A DNA stretch of 64,000 bases from Candidatus Wolfebacteria bacterium GW2011_GWB1_47_1 (GTDB taxonomy: Bacteria > Patescibacteriota > Minisyncoccia > UBA6257 > UBA9933): contig CP011209.1 in assembly GCA_001029635.1 (NCBI GenBank), positions 811,969 through 875,968 of the forward strand. The letters are read 5' to 3'. The translations under genes and the position numbers were made by a program. Numbering within the stretch: position 1 is the stretch's first letter; every line of letters begins with the position of its first letter. Below the pieces are notes generated by a model. It ran no database searches, had not been told where the DNA came from, and saw nothing but the letters and a program-made list of their open reading frames with translations. This document shows, in pieces, positions 50,194 to 60,240 of this stretch.

Positions 50194-51201
50194 TTAGTCG
50201 AGCTTGATCTCCTTCCGCGCGGCCAACTGTCCGCACGCGCCATCGATATCCTCTCCAAACGTATAACGCTGCACTACGGTAATGTGTCCATCTTCAAGAA
50301 TCTTTTTAAATGCCTCTATACGCTCCCGTGTCGATGATTCAAACACATCGGTCTGGTTATAGTTAATCAAATTCACGTATCCCAACCACCCAGACAGTAG
50401 CTTTACCAACTCGTGCGCCTGCTCCGGGCCGTCGGTAACACCCTTAATCATGATGTATTCGAACATGATCTTTCGATTAGTCAACTGTACGTATTCCGCC
50501 AATGCTTCCATAACGCTCTCCAGCGAGTGATGCGTACTAACTGGCATTATCTTGCACCTCAGCTCATTATTGGGCGCGTGCAGGGAAAGTGCCAGGTTCA
50601 CCTCCAACCCCTCTCGGGCAAATTTTCGAATTCCATCCGGAATGCCAGATGTCGAAACAGATATGCGCCGAGCACCCAAGTTGAATCCTTTTGGATTATT
50701 TAAGGTTCGAATGGCGGTCATTACATTGTCATAATTTATCATCGGTTCCCCCATTCCCATAAACACGACGTTTGTCACCCTTTTATGTTCTTTCTTAAGT
50801 TGTCTGGCAAAATAAAGCACCTGCTCGACGATCTCATCTGCGGTCAAGCTTCGCTTAAGTCCCAGACGCCCCGTTGCGCAGAATGCACACTTCATCGGGC
50901 ATCCTACCTGCGAAGACACGCATACCGTATTGCGGTCGCCCTGATGCATCATAAGCACCGCTTCAATCTTAAGCCCATCCTCTAGTACAATCAGTGCCTT
51001 ACGGCTATCACCTCCAGAAATCGTGTCATCGGCCCGTATCTCCAGTGGACACGCCTCGGCGAGCCTCCTGCGCAACTCTTCCGGCAATGCAATTACTTGC
51101 GACCAATCTTCTATTTGATCGCCATAAAGAGCCTTCTCGACCTGCTGTTGTCGATAGTTTGGTTGTCCTGTCAATATTTCTTTTAGTGCCGAAATATTCA
51201 T
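50194..51201 (-). CDS. rlmN: 23S rRNA m2A2503 methyltransferase
   Basis: CVSSQVGCPMKCAFC, FMGMGEP, SLHA, IDGACGQL. Confidence 0.93.
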   Translation of the reverse strand: MNISALKEILTGQPNYRQQQVEKALYGDQIEDWSQVIALPEELRRRLAEACPLEIRADDTISGGDSRKALIVLEDGLKIEAVLMMHQGDRNTVCVSSQVGCPMKCAFCATGRLGLKRSLTADEIVEQVLYFARQLKKEHKRVTNVVFMGMGEPMINYDNVMTAIRTLNNPKGFNLGARRISVSTSGIPDGIRKFAREGLEVNLALSLHAPNNELRCKIMPVSTHHSLESVMEALAEYVQLTNRKIMFEYIMIKGVTDGPEQAHELVKLLSGWLGYVNLINYNQTDVFESSTRERIEAFKKILEDGHITVVQRYTFGEDIDGACGQLAARKEIKLD

Positions 51202-51302
51202 AGTAGTTTGCCTCGTATATCATGTAATACCTTTTTTTTACCGAAATGTCCAGTACTCCGCTAATGCGTTTACCTTTCTGCGTTCTCGGCTTATAATTTC
51301 TT

Positions 51303-51779
51303 ATGGCTTTAATTTATGAAACTAAAAACTTTATTGTTGAATCACACGAAAAACCCTTTCTTCCCCGAACAGATGGTGGGCATATTAGAATAAAGGTAAC
51401 GGATACTTCAATTACTGACCGGACGAAACTTGATGCAAAAACTGCCATCGAGCTAATGCGCTTAACGATGATCGTCGGGGAAGCATTTGAGATTGCAATG
51501 AACAATCGTGGCATCCCTGTAATAAAAATCAACTACCAAGATATGGGAAACTGGGCTTTTAAAACCGGAAGTGCCCCATTTCTTCACGTGCATGTCTTTG
51601 GACGTGCCATAAACGCCGTGCATCAGCTTTGGCCAGAAAGTATGTATTTACCCGATAGAGGCACTGGTTTTTATGAAGGATTTGAAGCACTTGATCAAGA
51701 AGACATTAGAGAAATACGCGAACAGATTGATATAATTTCGGCAAAAGAAAAGTATGCGGAGGGAAAATGGTGCCTATAG
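51303..51779 (+). CDS. HIT-family protein
   Basis: DGGHIRI, INYQDMGN, FLHVHVFGR. Confidence 0.75.
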   Translation: MALIYETKNFIVESHEKPFLPRTDGGHIRIKVTDTSITDRTKLDAKTAIELMRLTMIVGEAFEIAMNNRGIPVIKINYQDMGNWAFKTGSAPFLHVHVFGRAINAVHQLWPESMYLPDRGTGFYEGFEALDQEDIREIREQIDIISAKEKYAEGKWCL

Positions 51780-51944
51780 GCACCATTTTTATTATATACA
51801 GAGGCTATAGCGTAGTCAGGCACCGTTAATTAATACGATTTCGAGAGCATAAATAGACACCCATCAGTATAGCCTTCGGCCGTTCGATTGATCCCCCGTG
51901 AGGCAAAAGAAATAGCCACCCAAATGGGTGGCTATTTCTTTTTG

Positions 51945-52016
51945 TGCCCTCACGGAGAATCGAACTCCGATTTATAGGATGAGAACCTATTGTCCTAACC
52001 ATTAGACGATGAGGGC
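51945..52016 (-). tRNA. tRNA-Glu(CTC)
   Basis: ATAGG-TTCTCAT-CCTAT. Confidence 0.93.
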
Positions 52017-52226
52017 GTTGCACGAAACATGGGACACGGAAAATGAAAAATGGCCCCAAAATGCCTTTCTACATTATCGTATCAGGATAAAAAAATCAAC
52101 ATTTTTATAGGCTCTGGATCCCCCCCACACCGGAGATGGCGCGGGGACATACTTGTGGACTGGAATGACGGGATACTGGATTTCCGCCTTCGCGAGAATG
52201 ACAAAACGGCATAATGATGATGACAT

Positions 52227-53537
52227 TTATGCCATCTCGCGAATTTCTTCAACTACCCTATCCAATGCCATAGCTCTCGATGCCTTTACCAACACTAGAT
52301 CGCCTTTTGTCACCGTATTCTGTATCTCTGGCAACATTTCATCCGCCGTATCAAATATCCGTACATTTGCCTTACTCATGCCGTTTTTGATCGCCGATTC
52401 GGCGATAAACTTCCCTCGCGGCCCTACCGTAAACAGGACGTCGATAACTCCCGGAACCATTTTTCCGATACTCTCGTGCGCCTCAACGGACAACTTACCT
52501 AATTCCAACATATCTCCCAATACGGCGATCTTTCGCGTCGCAGCGAGGTCTTTTACGGTCAGTAGGGCTTCTTTTACCGACAGCGGTGCCGCATTGTAGC
52601 TATCGTCGATAATCCAGCATCCCTTGATACCCTCAACAAGGTTCATGCGTCGCTTTGCGGGAATATAATATCGTTCTACCAGCTCTGCTATCTCTACCAA
52701 ATTCAAGCCGAATGTCAGCCCCACTGCAAAAGCAATGGCAATGCTATAGCCTTGCGCACGCCCGAATACATTCTTGATCGTTACCGGAACAAAGCTTCCT
52801 TCGTGCTCGATCTTGAAGGCGATACCCTCGGGCCGTCCATCGACGGATTGATTTTCGAACTGTGAAATCCGCACATCGGCTCCTTCTCCAAATCCGAATG
52901 TCTTTACCCGTGCGCGGGTCTTTTCTTTCATACCGATAACCAGATCATCATCATAATTCAATATCGCCCACCCTCCCGCAGGCAACGACTCCACTAGCTT
53001 TCCCTTCTCTCGCGCCACTGCTTCGGTATCCGGATAATATTCCCCATGCGAAGGCGTTTCTCCTATCGCAGTGACGATGCCTATCTTTGGACGGGCGATG
53101 CCCAAGAGATATTTTATATCGCCTTGCCTATCCGCCCCATATTCAAGCACCAATACCTGCGGATAGCGCTTGCTTCTCGGCAATATGACATGCGCTACGG
53201 CTACAGATAACACACGCAGCCAAAATGCCGCCTTCTGTACTCGTTTTGTCCCTGCCGGAGTTTCTCGACTAACCAACTTCAAATCATCTTCCGTCCAATT
53301 TCCGATGATATTGAGCGGGGTCCCGATCTCGTTGTTGAAATTTCCTTTTGACTTTCGAACGCGCCATCGCTCCTTCTCGCTCAAACTTGATTCCCCTTTT
53401 TTTGAGAGCACCGCAAAGATAGCATCCTTTGCAGACGTCTTTCCTACGCTTCCGGTGATTGCCACCACCTCCGGCTTATAGTTCCAGATAATCATTCGCG
53501 CGCACCTTCGTAATAGTTTTCTCAATAATCGTATCAT
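52227..53537 (-). CDS. murF: UDP-MurNAc-tripeptide-D-Ala-D-Ala ligase (lacks the N-terminal domain)
   Basis: AITGSVGKTSAKD, NNEIG, IDDSYNA, VLGDMLELG, LVKASR. Confidence 0.9.
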   Translation of the reverse strand: MIRLLRKLLRRCARMIIWNYKPEVVAITGSVGKTSAKDAIFAVLSKKGESSLSEKERWRVRKSKGNFNNEIGTPLNIIGNWTEDDLKLVSRETPAGTKRVQKAAFWLRVLSVAVAHVILPRSKRYPQVLVLEYGADRQGDIKYLLGIARPKIGIVTAIGETPSHGEYYPDTEAVAREKGKLVESLPAGGWAILNYDDDLVIGMKEKTRARVKTFGFGEGADVRISQFENQSVDGRPEGIAFKIEHEGSFVPVTIKNVFGRAQGYSIAIAFAVGLTFGLNLVEIAELVERYYIPAKRRMNLVEGIKGCWIIDDSYNAAPLSVKEALLTVKDLAATRKIAVLGDMLELGKLSVEAHESIGKMVPGVIDVLFTVGPRGKFIAESAIKNGMSKANVRIFDTADEMLPEIQNTVTKGDLVLVKASRAMALDRVVEEIREMA

Positions 53538-53543
53538 ATCGTT

Positions 53544-55199
53544 TTATCGTTCACTCGGCTTGTCAGGGGCTATGTTGTAATAATTCAGGATGAATTGCGA
53601 AAGCTCCTTAAATGCCGGCACTACCGTCTGTCCCGCCAATGGAGCCCCCTTTGGGCGCTCTACCTTGATCAGAATGACGAACTTGGGGTCATACGCCGGA
53701 GCAAATCCTTCATACGTGTTTACTACGTCATCACTGTATCCCCTCCCTCCGAAGTTTGGCACATACGCGGTTCCCGTCTTTCCCGCAACTTGGTATTTTG
53801 GTATTTCTGCCAACTTATTTACATATACCGCACTTACCATCATTTCCGCAACTTTTCGGGCCGCGTCTTCTGATATTACCCTGCGCACTTCTTGCGGTTC
53901 TTCGTCCGCAAGAATCAACGGCTTCATTAGTACTCCGTGGTTTGCAATTGCCGACATCACAGACACCATCTTCAATGGCGTCACTGCAATACCCTGTCCG
54001 AATGCCGCCGTTGCATAGTTTACTGCCTGCCCACTTTTAAGCGGCGACACGTTGCCATCGCGCTCACCCGGCAGCGCGATACCCGTCTTTTCTCCAAATG
54101 TATATCGATTCAAAAAATAGTCCTTAAATATCTCATCTCCCATCTGCTGCTGAGCAAATACCGTTCCTACATTTAGTGAATGCTCAATAACTCCGGTCAT
54201 TGTCGTACGTCCATACGCCTTCAGGTCCCAATTTTTAATCGTGCGCTTATTCAGCGTCACCGACCCGGTATCGTTATATGCTGTATCCGGAGTTATCTTC
54301 CCCGAATCGATCCCCGCAGACATAGTAATCGGCTTCATGACCGAGCCCGGCTCGTACAGTGACTGGACAGCGATATTTATAAAATCCTTCATCTCCGCCT
54401 CCTTATAATTATTCGGATCGAATGTAGGGTAGTTTCCCATCGCGAGAATTTTCCCCGTCTTCGGCTCTTGTACGATTACTGTGCCACTTTCCGCCCCCCA
54501 CTTTTCAACGAGATTGCGAATGATTTCCTCTCCCTGCGCCTGAATGTTTCGATCGATCGTCAATACAATATCTCGACCATCCTGCGGATAGACAATACGG
54601 TCCCCTTTGACCTTACCCATGCTACCCATAAGTTCTTCATTGAACTGTTTTTCGATCCCATACATTCCTTTTTCGCTATATCCACCCTCTTTCTTCTCTT
54701 CTTCGTTTACCGGCCCCACATATCCCAATACATGGCTTACCAATGTGCCAAGCGGATAAAATCTCCCCTGCTGCTTCTTGATATAAATACCCCGTGCGTC
54801 CAGTTTTTTTATCGCATCAACTTCTTCGTTGGTCGCCTTAAACTTCAACAATTCGTATTGATCATTAGTCTTTACCAGCATTGCTTTCACGTCCGGTTGT
54901 GACAATCCCAATATCTTACTTACGTTCAATGCAACAACATCCGGATCGGAAACTTCTTTCGGTACGGCATAGATCAGGCTGAATTCCTTATTCATAATCG
55001 CCTGAATGCGATTCCCATTCTTGTCCGTCACATACACATTCCCGCGATTCGGCTGCAAAACACCCGATGCAACCTGTTGCGATTCCGCCTTTGCCTCATA
55101 CAATGCATTCTTCTTGAACTGCAAATTATACAGTTGAAAAACCAGCGCAATATACAATACGCCGAAGAATGAGATTAATGATCCAATGCGCCACTTCAT
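53544..55199 (-). CDS. ftsI: Division-specific PBP (PBP3)
   Basis: EPGSVMK, SLN, KTGTA; position in the dcw cluster. Confidence 0.85.
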   Translation of the reverse strand: MKWRIGSLISFFGVLYIALVFQLYNLQFKKNALYEAKAESQQVASGVLQPNRGNVYVTDKNGNRIQAIMNKEFSLIYAVPKEVSDPDVVALNVSKILGLSQPDVKAMLVKTNDQYELLKFKATNEEVDAIKKLDARGIYIKKQQGRFYPLGTLVSHVLGYVGPVNEEEKKEGGYSEKGMYGIEKQFNEELMGSMGKVKGDRIVYPQDGRDIVLTIDRNIQAQGEEIIRNLVEKWGAESGTVIVQEPKTGKILAMGNYPTFDPNNYKEAEMKDFINIAVQSLYEPGSVMKPITMSAGIDSGKITPDTAYNDTGSVTLNKRTIKNWDLKAYGRTTMTGVIEHSLNVGTVFAQQQMGDEIFKDYFLNRYTFGEKTGIALPGERDGNVSPLKSGQAVNYATAAFGQGIAVTPLKMVSVMSAIANHGVLMKPLILADEEPQEVRRVISEDAARKVAEMMVSAVYVNKLAEIPKYQVAGKTGTAYVPNFGGRGYSDDVVNTYEGFAPAYDPKFVILIKVERPKGAPLAGQTVVPAFKELSQFILNYYNIAPDKPSER

Positions 55200-55277
55200 G
55201 TCGTTACAAGATGTTCATATTATTTTACACAACAATTTTTCTATTATAACCGATTATTAAAAAAACAAAAATCATTT

Positions 55278-55586
55278 TTATAAATTAATACTTACAACCT
55301 GCCTCTTTACATAGTTTGGATTTTTTTCAACGATCAAATTATTCTTTACCGCAAACTCCTGTACGCGCTGCGCTTCGGTCAGCTCATACAATTTACCCTT
55401 CAGCTCCGCATTTTTCACCTCAACATCCCGAAGATCCCCTTTTCGTTGTGTCATCTCATGGCTGTTATTGACCACAAGGTTATATGAAAATATTCCTGCG
55501 ATCGCTACGCATGCAACAGTGATTGACAATACCGTCCCCCACACCTTTAGTAAATCAATATCCTTTTTTTGTCTGATGATGGTCAT
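55278..55586 (-). CDS. ftsL: FtsL-like cell division protein
   Basis: TM plus coiled coil, between rsmH and ftsI. Confidence 0.6.
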   Translation of the reverse strand: MTIIRQKKDIDLLKVWGTVLSITVACVAIAGIFSYNLVVNNSHEMTQRKGDLRDVEVKNAELKGKLYELTEAQRVQEFAVKNNLIVEKNPNYVKRQVVSINL

Positions 55587-55643
55587 ATATTGGTGTCTAA
55601 AATTTGTTAGTTGATAATCGTTACTTTAGTCACTATCACTGGT

Positions 55644-55669
55644 AGATCCCCGCCTTCGCGGGGATGACA
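55644..55669 (-). repeat. dRS3/CGTC-like REP
   Basis: AGATCCCCGCCTTCGCGGGGATGACA. Confidence 0.8.
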
Positions 55670-55702
55670 CTCCGTGTCGATTATTATAGGTTTGTATTCT
55701 GA

Positions 55703-56599
55703 TTAGTTAGATGCTATTTCGAAGCCTCGGAGTTTTGCGGAGCGAGAACGGGGGTTTTGACGAATTTCTTCCTCCGTTGCGATGATCGGTTTTTTGGTCA
55801 GAATGCGGCCTTTCTTTGTTTTTTCCATCTCTCTAAAACGCGTTTTTACGATTCGATCCTCCAGTGAATGAAACGAGATAATCGCTATCCTTCCTCCCGG
55901 CTTTATGATTGCATCGCATTCACTCAATATCTTTTCGAGATTCTCAAGCTCTTTGTTTACATAGATGCGTAACGCCTGGAATACGCGCGTTGCGGGATGA
56001 ATCCTTCCTTTTTCATATCCCCTTCCGACCGCGCCAACCACGGCATCGGCAAGTTCTTTGGTCGTGGTTATACGCTTACGTTTTCGTTCTTCAACGATAC
56101 GCTTTGCTATTCTCCTCGACATGCGTTCTTCTCCGTATTGAAATATCACATTTGCGAGTTCCTCCTCAGTCAAGCCATTAACCACGTCCGCAGCCGTCGG
56201 TAGATCTCCCGTGAGATCATATCGCATATCCAACAGCTCATCCTTCTGAAAGCTCATTCCTCGCTCTTGTTCTAGCTGTGTCGATGAAAATCCAAGATCA
56301 AGCAACAGTCCATCCGCCTTGGGTAGCCCCAATCGCTCCATAACCTCCTTTACTTCAGCATAGTTGGAATATTCGAGCATGATCTTACCCTTCTTTCCAC
56401 TAAACGTTTCCTTGAGTCGCTCTACCATCCCCTTGTCCCAATCAAGACCCAAGAACATCCCTTTTTCTCCTATTCGTTCAATCACCGCCGCCGCATGCCC
56501 TCCTCCATCCGTCGTACCATCGATGAAGAACCCTTCCGGTTTGGGGTCAAGCAGTTGTAGCACTTCATTTAGGAGTACTGAGATGTGAGGCGTTTGCAT
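55703..56599 (-). CDS. rsmH: 16S rRNA m4C1402 methyltransferase
   Basis: HISVLLNE, DLGFSS, LDMR, FQALRI, SFHSLEDR, NPRSRSAKLR. Confidence 0.96.
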   Translation of the reverse strand: MQTPHISVLLNEVLQLLDPKPEGFFIDGTTDGGGHAAAVIERIGEKGMFLGLDWDKGMVERLKETFSGKKGKIMLEYSNYAEVKEVMERLGLPKADGLLLDLGFSSTQLEQERGMSFQKDELLDMRYDLTGDLPTAADVVNGLTEEELANVIFQYGEERMSRRIAKRIVEERKRKRITTTKELADAVVGAVGRGYEKGRIHPATRVFQALRIYVNKELENLEKILSECDAIIKPGGRIAIISFHSLEDRIVKTRFREMEKTKKGRILTKKPIIATEEEIRQNPRSRSAKLRGFEIASN

Positions 56600-56658
56600 T
56601 TCGGTGGATTGGTTATTCTTCGTATTCCGATGTTGTTGGTTATTGGTTGTCGGTTATT

Positions 56659-57090
56659 CTATATGCCGAGATCGGAAAGCTTTTCCGCTATCTCATCGGA
56701 AGAAGCCTCTGTTTTTGTTTTATATGCCTTCCACTGTTCGCTATCCCACAGTTCGATTCTGTTATACAATCCCGTAACCACAACACCTTTTGTCAGTCCT
56801 GCGTATTCGCGCAAATAGTCGGGGACCAATATTCTCCCCTGTTTATCGATTTCCACATCCATTGCGCCCGCAAGCATCAACCGCGTAAATGCACGCGAGT
56901 TTGCCTGTGTGATCGGCAACGACACTAATTTCTCCGCAAGCTTTTCCCACTCTTCGGCTGTGAACACAAATAAACATGCATCAAGACCACGCGTAATGAT
57001 CGCACTCCCCCGAAGCTTTGAGCGAAATTTCGCAGGCAATGCCATGCGTCCTTTATCGTCCAGATTGTGCGTATATTCGCCGATGAACAT
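56659..57090 (-). CDS. mraZ: Transcriptional regulator MraZ (start at MFIGEY)
   Basis: LDDKGR and IDKQGR repeats. Confidence 0.96.
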   Translation of the reverse strand: MFIGEYTHNLDDKGRMALPAKFRSKLRGSAIITRGLDACLFVFTAEEWEKLAEKLVSLPITQANSRAFTRLMLAGAMDVEIDKQGRILVPDYLREYAGLTKGVVVTGLYNRIELWDSEQWKAYKTKTEASSDEIAEKLSDLGI

Positions 57091-57158
57091 ATTGATTAGA
57101 GGTTGGAGACTTGAGATTAGAGGCAAGAGAGGTTCGGATATGGCTTTTGCTTTCTCCT

Positions 57159-57184
57159 CCCCACTTTTCCCCATTTTACACCAT
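57159..57184 (-). promoter_or_regulatory. Putative MraZ operator (three (A/G)TGG(G/T)G boxes, 10-nt period)
   Basis: ATGGTG, ATGGGG, GTGGGG at 57184, 57174, 57164 upstream of mraZ. Confidence 0.7.
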
Positions 57185-57289
57185 TCGCAATAACAATGCA
57201 ATAAAAAAGCCGTCGATACATGATCGACGGCTTTCAAATGAGCCAATATCTATACGGTTATTTTATACCCGCAAAAAGTTATCCACTTT

Positions 57290-57550
57290 TTATTTTTCCG
57301 TTAACAAGTCGAGTTCGATATCTAGATCGTCCATGCGCTCCTTTAATAACTTTTTCACATCGCCAACCGCTTTTTTATATACATCATCCCCTATCGTCTG
57401 TAAAAAGAAATCCAATATTTCTTCCGCGGCAATAATGCCGATTTTCTCGCCCCGTTCATCTTGAAAGAAGGCGATGATGCTATCAATCGCCTCGTTATGC
57501 CTCTCCTTTGTTAAAAAATCGAATTTTGAGCTTTTATTTTTGATCATCAC
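57290..57550 (-). CDS. DUF2164-like small protein
   Basis: FFQDERGEKIGIIAAEEILDFF...YKKAVGD. Confidence 0.75.
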   Translation of the reverse strand: MMIKNKSSKFDFLTKERHNEAIDSIIAFFQDERGEKIGIIAAEEILDFFLQTIGDDVYKKAVGDVKKLLKERMDDLDIELDLLTEK

Positions 57551-57557
57551 TTATACA

Positions 57558-57682
57558 TAAAACGCAAAGGATTTAGTGAAATACGATGCGCGAAAACGGC
57601 ACGAGGAAGCCGTACTAAGCTGTACGGCGACTGAAGTGCCGAGGGTCCGCAACGAAGTAGTTCGCAAATCTTTTGCGTTTTA
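57558..57682. repeat. 125-bp ERIC-like hairpin element, copy 1
   Basis: TA-terminal inverted repeats; right TA lies in the permease stop codon. Confidence 0.82.
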
Positions 57683-58909
57683 TCTTGTTTTGAATGCTTC
57701 TTTAGGGGATAGTGTCGTCGACCGATGCGCCGGCCAGAATCCTGCGATCAAGCCGATCATCGAGGACAGGATGAGCGTAGTCACCACAAACCACCCTGGC
57801 GTGATGAACAGTCTGATCGGATCTCCACCCAGGCGCTGTGCGAGAATACTCAAGATGAAGTTCACCGATTTACCGGCGACAATACCAAGTGTTACACCTC
57901 CCAACCCTCCGGACAATCCCATAAGCAGCGATTCCATCAGAAAGAGGTTTTTTACATCACGGTCCGTTGCTCCAAGCGATTTCATAATACCCACCTCATA
58001 GATACGTTCCAAAAATCCGACAATCATCGTATTGAACATTCCGATCGCGGAAACGATGAGCGCTGCGATGCCAAACACACCAAGAATGGTCGTAATGATA
58101 TTCATAACCTTTTTTGCCTGATTCACAAGATCAAGTCGCGCAGAAATAATAAACCCCTGCTCGATCAATTCATCCCTTAGTGCTTCCACAAAATCGATAT
58201 TGGTCGCCTTAAGCAATACTTCCTTATAAAAGGGTGGTTTTTTACCAATCGCCACAGCCGATACGAACGCAAATGGTGCTTGCGTATCATCCGCAATGAT
58301 CCCACTCAACTTGATCGGCTCCCCCAATACAATCTCCTCTCCCGCCCCCTCCTGGTCGTTCATCCCCTGATAGGTCAGTTTAAGACCGATCTCCTTACCG
58401 ATCGATGTTTGATCAGGAGGCAAGTTCAGCAGCTTCGCCGCCTGACTCGACAATACAATTCCCCTTTCTCCCGCCTCGAATGCCTTTCCCGTGTCCGGAA
58501 TCAGCCCCGACAATCTGAAGTAGCTCGGCTCGATCACCTTTGCAACGATCAATCCCGTAGACCCCTCCACCTTGATTTCCGCAGGGAATTCCGCCATCGG
58601 ACTAATCTCCCCCACATTCGGCATGTCGGTGATCGCTTGGACCGTCTGTGGATTGATATTCAATTCACTCTCAGCCGGATAGCTAACCCCAAGCGCCATT
58701 AGTGAATCTTCGGTCGTCACCAGCTTACCAATCAAAATGAATTGCAATCCGTATCCCATGGAAATAAGAAACATAACCGTTCCGATGCCTACCGACATAC
58801 CCATGATCGTCAAAAACGTACGGATCGGTTTTGTCTTAAATACGCGCAACGAAAGACGCAACAAGTCTGTTGCCGCTAGATGTTTCAATTGTTGCGCTTG
58901 TTCCTCCAT
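57680..58909 (-). CDS. ABC transporter permease (MacB/FtsX-like)
   Basis: RTFLTIMGMSVG, ERIYEVGIMKSLGA, GFWPA. Confidence 0.9.
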   Translation of the reverse strand: MEEQAQQLKHLAATDLLRLSLRVFKTKPIRTFLTIMGMSVGIGTVMFLISMGYGLQFILIGKLVTTEDSLMALGVSYPAESELNINPQTVQAITDMPNVGEISPMAEFPAEIKVEGSTGLIVAKVIEPSYFRLSGLIPDTGKAFEAGERGIVLSSQAAKLLNLPPDQTSIGKEIGLKLTYQGMNDQEGAGEEIVLGEPIKLSGIIADDTQAPFAFVSAVAIGKKPPFYKEVLLKATNIDFVEALRDELIEQGFIISARLDLVNQAKKVMNIITTILGVFGIAALIVSAIGMFNTMIVGFLERIYEVGIMKSLGATDRDVKNLFLMESLLMGLSGGLGGVTLGIVAGKSVNFILSILAQRLGGDPIRLFITPGWFVVTTLILSSMIGLIAGFWPAHRSTTLSPKEAFKTR

Positions 58910-58927
58910 AGTTATCTTTACTTCTGA

Positions 58928-60235
58928 TTACAATTTCATTGACTTTGCCACTCCCTCCGATCCTCCCAATATTGACTCCAGCTTCTCAGCCATGCGGTTC
59001 GATGAGCGCATTGAGATGCCCAACCCAAATTTACCCTTTGATAGATTTAGTATCTGCTCGAAATTTTGCGGCGTAATGATGTTTCGCACGCGTTCTCCAA
59101 TCAACTCATCTAAACGCAGTATCTGCTGTTCATCCATCTTGCCCTTGTATTCTTCCAAGAGCCATCTGCGCACCTTTTGAATTTCTTCGGCGAGCGGAGC
59201 CTCAGGATTCTTTTCCAATACTTCGTGCACTTGTTCGATTGTATGGCGCTGACTCATAACCCCCTCTACAAGGAAGCTTATCTTCGCAGCCTTCCCCTTC
59301 CAGAGTCCAACACCGCCATTGCGGTATGCCCGGTCGAGCACTTCGCGAAATACGTCCTCATCAATATTACCCGAAAGACGCTGTAGCAAAAAGAATTCAA
59401 ACCGCTTCACTTCGCTTGCTGAGTATCCTCTTAAGAGCAGATCCGCCAAGGACTTTGCCATAATCTGATTCTCTCCCATATTTGGGTTTAGCTGCTTGTA
59501 CATCAGCTTGGATACCGCCTGGGCAACGTCACCACTTTCCTTTGGCTCTTCCACCTTCAATATCTTCCCGTCCTTCATATAGAAGATCTTACGCGCATCG
59601 CGCAAGCTCCACGCTTCATGAGTAACCATAATAACGGTCCTTCCATCCTTGGTATTCAACTCCTTCATAAACTCCAGCACCTTGTTCGCATTCTCAGAAT
59701 CGAGGTTCCCTAGCGGTTCATCACAGATAATGATTGGAGGGTTGTTAGCAAGCGCCCGGGCGATACCCACGCGCTGTTGTTGTCCTCCCGAAAGTTCTGA
59801 CGGCAACCGATTTGCGTAGGGAGCGATGTTTAACCGCTCGAGTAGCTTTTGTGCCTCCGCACGACGACGCTCAAGGGAAATACCCAAAAATGCCATCGGT
59901 AGCGCGACATTGTCCAGTACCGAAATAGATGGAATAAGGTTAAATTGTTGGAACACGATACCTACACCGATCTGACGAAAGACCGCAAGTTCACGCTTCG
60001 TGAATTTTGCAATATCGCGTCCGTTGATCAGTACCTGTCCACTCGATACACGCTCTGATTCCATGCCGCTCAATACATACAGTATAGTCGTTTTACCGCA
60101 GCCAGATGGACCAAAGAAGGCGCAATATTCGCCTTTGTTTATTTCAAGAGCAACATCCTTCAGCGCCCATACTTCGGTCGGCTTCCCCTTATCATAATAC
60201 AGATTAATACCTTCCAGTTTGATAATCGGTTCCAT
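58928..60235 (-). CDS. ABC transporter ATP-binding protein with C-terminal extension
   Basis: GPSGCGKT, LSGGQQQR, DEP, VTH. Confidence 0.92.
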   Translation of the reverse strand: MEPIIKLEGINLYYDKGKPTEVWALKDVALEINKGEYCAFFGPSGCGKTTILYVLSGMESERVSSGQVLINGRDIAKFTKRELAVFRQIGVGIVFQQFNLIPSISVLDNVALPMAFLGISLERRRAEAQKLLERLNIAPYANRLPSELSGGQQQRVGIARALANNPPIIICDEPLGNLDSENANKVLEFMKELNTKDGRTVIMVTHEAWSLRDARKIFYMKDGKILKVEEPKESGDVAQAVSKLMYKQLNPNMGENQIMAKSLADLLLRGYSASEVKRFEFFLLQRLSGNIDEDVFREVLDRAYRNGGVGLWKGKAAKISFLVEGVMSQRHTIEQVHEVLEKNPEAPLAEEIQKVRRWLLEEYKGKMDEQQILRLDELIGERVRNIITPQNFEQILNLSKGKFGLGISMRSSNRMAEKLESILGGSEGVAKSMKL

Positions 60236-60240
60236 ACTCC

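Noticed and set aside
57279-57287. DnaA-box-like TTATCCACT
   Set aside because: Single 8/9 match, no cluster and no dnaA/dnaN nearby
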